DNA of 64,000 nucleotides from a virus, in IMG/VR virus record IMGVR_UViG_3300027917_000038, positions 11,892-75,891 of that record; one strand, written 5' to 3'. The notes under the pieces were generated by a model. The model was given only the letters and a program-made list of their open reading frames with translations. It had not been told where the DNA came from and did no database searches. The position numbers and the translations under genes are program-made. This document shows, in pieces, positions 60,497 to 64,000 of this stretch (position 1 is its first letter; every line of letters starts with the position of its first letter).

Positions 60497-62353
60497 AAAG
60501 TTTTTAGTAAAATTTTGGAATTACAATAAGGAAGATCTTAAAGAACAATTGTTGGAAGAAGACCATTACATTGTTTGGTATTGTGGAATAGATCATATTG
60601 TTGATAGAAACAAAACACCAGACAATGTAATAATACATACAGAATTTGCTCAATACAATTTTGATTTTTCTTATAAAAAATCTGAGCATGTAGTAATAAG
60701 ATTTAATGATGAAGTCCAATTTTTTTATTACATTTTATCTGATTTTATAGAAAAATACTATGAAGGGAAACCATTTGAAATGAGAGTAATTCAAATCCCT
60801 GATGGAATGTATTATCTTGAATTTAAATTGGATGAAAAATATTCGTTTGTATTTCAACAACTTATGATCTTAACAGATGAAGAAAAAGAAGAAGTAGAAA
60901 AATTTACATACATGAAACTGACGGAACAAAAGGAAATTGAATTTGACAAAATATTCAAAAGCATAAATATAAGTAGTGATATGATATTATGATTAGGAAA
61001 TTAATATACAAGATTCTAACTACAATTATTAATGTTCTTATAGATATAAGAGAAATTGTAGATAAATCTGCGTATATAACATTTGCACAGGTTTTAAAAA
61101 AAGAAGGTATTGATATATGTCCTCATTGTGATGGGGAAGGAGTTATACCTTTAAATAATAAAAAAAGTGATTAAAATGAAGTATTGTGATTGTGATTATT
61201 GGTTTACTGGAATAGCGTATATTTGTTTAATGGAAGGAATGGCTTTATCAAAACAAATTGCGTATACAGGTAAAAGATTTGATTATTGTCCTTGGTGTGG
61301 TAAAAAACTAAAGGACGATGAAGAAACATACATAGGAGCATTAATATGAGTAAAGAAAAATGTAATTTTTGTAATGAGTTAATAAAAGACGGAGATACAG
61401 TAATAGGTGGATGTGATAAAGGTGGAGGAAACATGACAGAATATCATTTAGATTGTTATGAGTTCGTTGTTATGAACATGGGTGACAAACAAGCAATTGA
61501 AACATTCCTAAGATGGAAACCAGAATTTGAAAACCGAAGATGGTACAAAGGATGTATTTGTACAGTTGAAGAATATAAACAATTCAAAAAAGAAGAGGAA
61601 GAGTTGTTAAAACATTTAAGAAAGGGGTTAGATGATGGCGAAGATTAAACATAATATGTTTGACTCGTGTAGGGGCTGTAAGTATTTAAGAAACTATTAT
61701 TGTTATAAATGGGATCTTCCAAGAAGTAATAAAAATGCCGCTTGCCAAAAAAAGAAATTGAGGTAAATAAAATGAGATTATCAAACGAGATTCTATATTT
61801 TGCCAGTATGAAGATAGGGTTTTTTGTTTTTGGAACAGAAAACATGGTTGAGGCAATGGATAAAGTAAAAGAACAAATTGTAAGTATAAAAGAAGGTGCT
61901 TTAGCTCAACCAATTGGATTCATGGACTTAAGTATAGAACAAGTAAAAGATGACAGAAAATGAATAAGGAAAAACTGAAAACTGAAATTTGTAGACTAAT
62001 TGATTCTCTTATTTACATTCCATTTAAACAAATGGGAATTTTTAAAGGTACAGATTTCGGTTATAAAAAGGAATTATTGAAACTCTTAATTTGTGAGGAG
62101 ATAGATAAATATGAGTAGAGAACCATTTTGTCCGGAATGTGGTGTATTTATGTTTTGTAAGAAAAACGGAGTTTTGGTTTACAAAGAAAAGGATTATATT
62201 TACCACGCAGATTTATGGGAATGTAAGGAATGTAGAAAACAAATAATAACTGGTTTTGGAGATTCTCCAATGCATTGGTATTGGACTAATCCAGTATTGT
62301 TTGAAGAAAAACTAGAGGCAACAATATTTAAATACAAAGTTAGTGATTAAGAA

Positions 62354-62677
62354 ATGAAATACATGAAATTTTATAGTAAATTTAAAAAAAATAAATACAC
62401 GACAATTCGTAGATATAAAAAAGGAAATGCGGGAGATATTGTGTTAGAACAATATCCTAATGGATTCCATTATGCAAGAATTAAGGATGTAGTAAGAGAA
62501 ACACTTGAGAGATTACCTACAAAATTCTTATTAGATGACACTGATTGTAAAACAAGAGATGATGCCTATTATTTTATACAATGTTTTTATAAAAAACCTA
62601 TTGATCCTTACAACGAAAAGTTATATATTTACTTTATGGAAAAAATAGAAGGGGATTGTATTGAAGGAATTACTTAA
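62354..62677 (+). CDS. ASCH/PUA-like domain protein
   Basis: KYTTIRR...GDIV N-terminal motif; ~107 aa. Confidence 0.5.
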   Translation: MKYMKFYSKFKKNKYTTIRRYKKGNAGDIVLEQYPNGFHYARIKDVVRETLERLPTKFLLDDTDCKTRDDAYYFIQCFYKKPIDPYNEKLYIYFMEKIEGDCIEGIT

Positions 62678-63060
62678 ACTATGGGATATATTTAATTGGT
62701 ATCCATGGTACAGCGGTTCGGATATGAGAGAATGTGAATGTGAATTTAAAGAAGCATTATGGAATCTTAAACACAAAATAGATCTTCTTATAAAGGAAAA
62801 CAAAGAATTAAGAGAATTAGTTCAACCTAGAAAATTAACAAAAAAAGATAAGAAACGTATATTAAAAAAGTTTTTTGAAGAAGAAATGTTATTTGACCAA
62901 TGGATATAAAATGTCAGAACATAAATGTTATTGTATCTGTCCGCCAGATACAAAAGAGAAAGGGATTGTAATAAGTGAATTTTGTCATAGTAATTGGAGG
63001 TTTTGTCATTATGTTAAAAAGAAAGGTAAAAATCTCCAAGACATGAAACGTCTTTCTTAA

Positions 63061-63237
63061 TGCTGAAATCGGTTGAGCAAGCCAAGCCCGAATCCGAATG
63101 GGATCCCAATTCGGAGATGCGAAGTGTGTGAGTCTCAGAGACGACCGTCAGCAAAATTAAATGTGGAAATTGGTGGGAATCCGTACTGGTGCCTACGGTG
63201 GAAGTCCGTATGAGAGTAGCTACCTCACCACCAACCA
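63061..63237 (+). ncRNA. Two adjacent GC-rich structured RNA candidates
   Basis: TGCTGA/TCAGCA, CGGTTG/CGACCG and TCCGAAT/ATTCGGA helices; then TGGTGG/CCACCA, TACGG-TGGAAGT-CCGTA and TGAG/CTCA, ending ACCA. Confidence 0.55.
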
Positions 63238-64000
63238 TAAGATTAAAATGTCAGAAGAAAATAAAAAGATATGTGAGGAATGTGCTGGACGTGGTTATCC
63301 TGCTTCTGATTATTGTGAAGGATGCCCGTTAAGAAAATATAGAGAGTGAAAAAAATATGTTAGAAAAGAAGTCAGAGCGTCTTTGTCCATTATGTTTCGG
63401 AGAAAAATTAGGAGACATAAATGAAATTGAGGATGAAGTAAAAAGGTATCATGAATTACAAGAACTTATTAACGAATTATTAGAAAAACAAATATTTGCG
63501 TTTGTATCTGATCTGAGGTTAATAGATTTTACAATACATGAATGCTGGGATAGTAAAGATAAATTAAATGAGTTCATAGAACTACAAAAGTGGATAAGAG
63601 AACGAATAATAGAATGGGAACAAGGAGAAATAAATTTTGAATGTGAAAAATTTGAATCAACGTTTGTTGAAGGTTATGATGAAAAATGTTATTGTAAAAC
63701 AGAAGCAAAGAAAAATATTAGTACATTATTAGGTTCTCTTAGGGATACTTGTCCTCAATGTGTTTTTGCGGCTATAAAAGTATTAAAGGAATGTATGAGC
63801 ACAGGTCATAGACGAAGGTATAAAGAATTATTAGATAAATATGGTGATTAAAATGATTACATTTGATTGGATATTTGATGTTTTAGATGTTGCAATGTGT
63901 TTCTTATGTAAAGAAAGATTTGAAGAAAATGATATTGTTGGTGAGTTTTTTGGTGGATTAGCTCATTGGGAATGTCTTGATAAAAAGTTTGAAGAAAACA

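Larger units (their letters stand above)
1..64000. mobile_element. Part of an archaeal tailed virus genome (Caudoviricetes, myovirus-type contractile tail)
   Basis: Ordered head-neck-tail-baseplate module, dense small orphan ORFs, TFB and eS30 genes, and no host housekeeping operons. Confidence 0.92.

Noticed and set aside
38825-61913. Minus-strand ORFs antisense to early genes (e.g. 47035-47550, 49836-50252, 50684-50974)
   Set aside because: Phe/Ser/Ile-rich mirror translations of A-rich plus-strand genes
63061-63153. c-di-AMP (ydaO) riboswitch, suggested by GCTGAA, CCCGAATCCG and GTCAGC fragments
   Set aside because: Order and spacing do not match the consensus, and the GGGGTGAAT and GGAGGAACC elements are absent; kept only as an unclassified RNA
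63161-63349. 62-aa ORF from a GTG start spanning the structured element
   Set aside because: The N-terminal half coincides with the RNA stems; a shorter ORF from the ATG at 63248 is more plausible
1-64000. CRISPR or mini-CRISPR array
   Set aside because: No run of equal-length repeats separated by unique spacers was found by eye
1-64000. Provirus boundaries, integrase or alternative genetic code
   Set aside because: No recombinase or host flank recognised; long genes are intact under the standard code

Overview
AT-rich (roughly 30% GC, estimated by eye) segment of a tailed dsDNA virus (Caudoviricetes) with a contractile-tail gene set, almost certainly infecting an archaeon. The host evidence is a TFIIB/TFB homologue, ribosomal protein eS30, GGTGA-type ribosome-binding sites and BRE/TATA-like promoters; eS30 points to a TACK or Asgard host. 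Positions 1741-30996 (minus strand) are a near-complete late operon: terminases, portal, protease/scaffold, capsid, neck, sheath, tube, tape measure, baseplate and fibre genes, followed by a glycan-modification cassette (glycosyltransferases, sulfotransferase, NDP-sugar epimerase, radical SAM enzyme, methyltransferase). Positions 32688-64000 (mostly plus strand) are small early/accessory ORFs, many of them Zn-finger or membrane microproteins, plus MoxR/vWA, RNase HI, TFB and eS30. The most unusual signals are non-coding: (1) a ~680-bp island at the late/early junction with 28 GATC sites and strong GG/CC depletion; (2) two copies of a 52-bp palindromic-armed site 25 kb apart with oppositely oriented spacers; (3) four tRNA-like elements that keep an acceptor stem and T-arm but have non-canonical middles; (4) further structured RNA candidates at 41.8, 49.2 and 63.1 kb. 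No integrase, DNA polymerase, CRISPR array or reverse transcriptase was recognised. All protein calls rest on motif recognition and gene order, not database searches. All counts and base pairings were done by hand.
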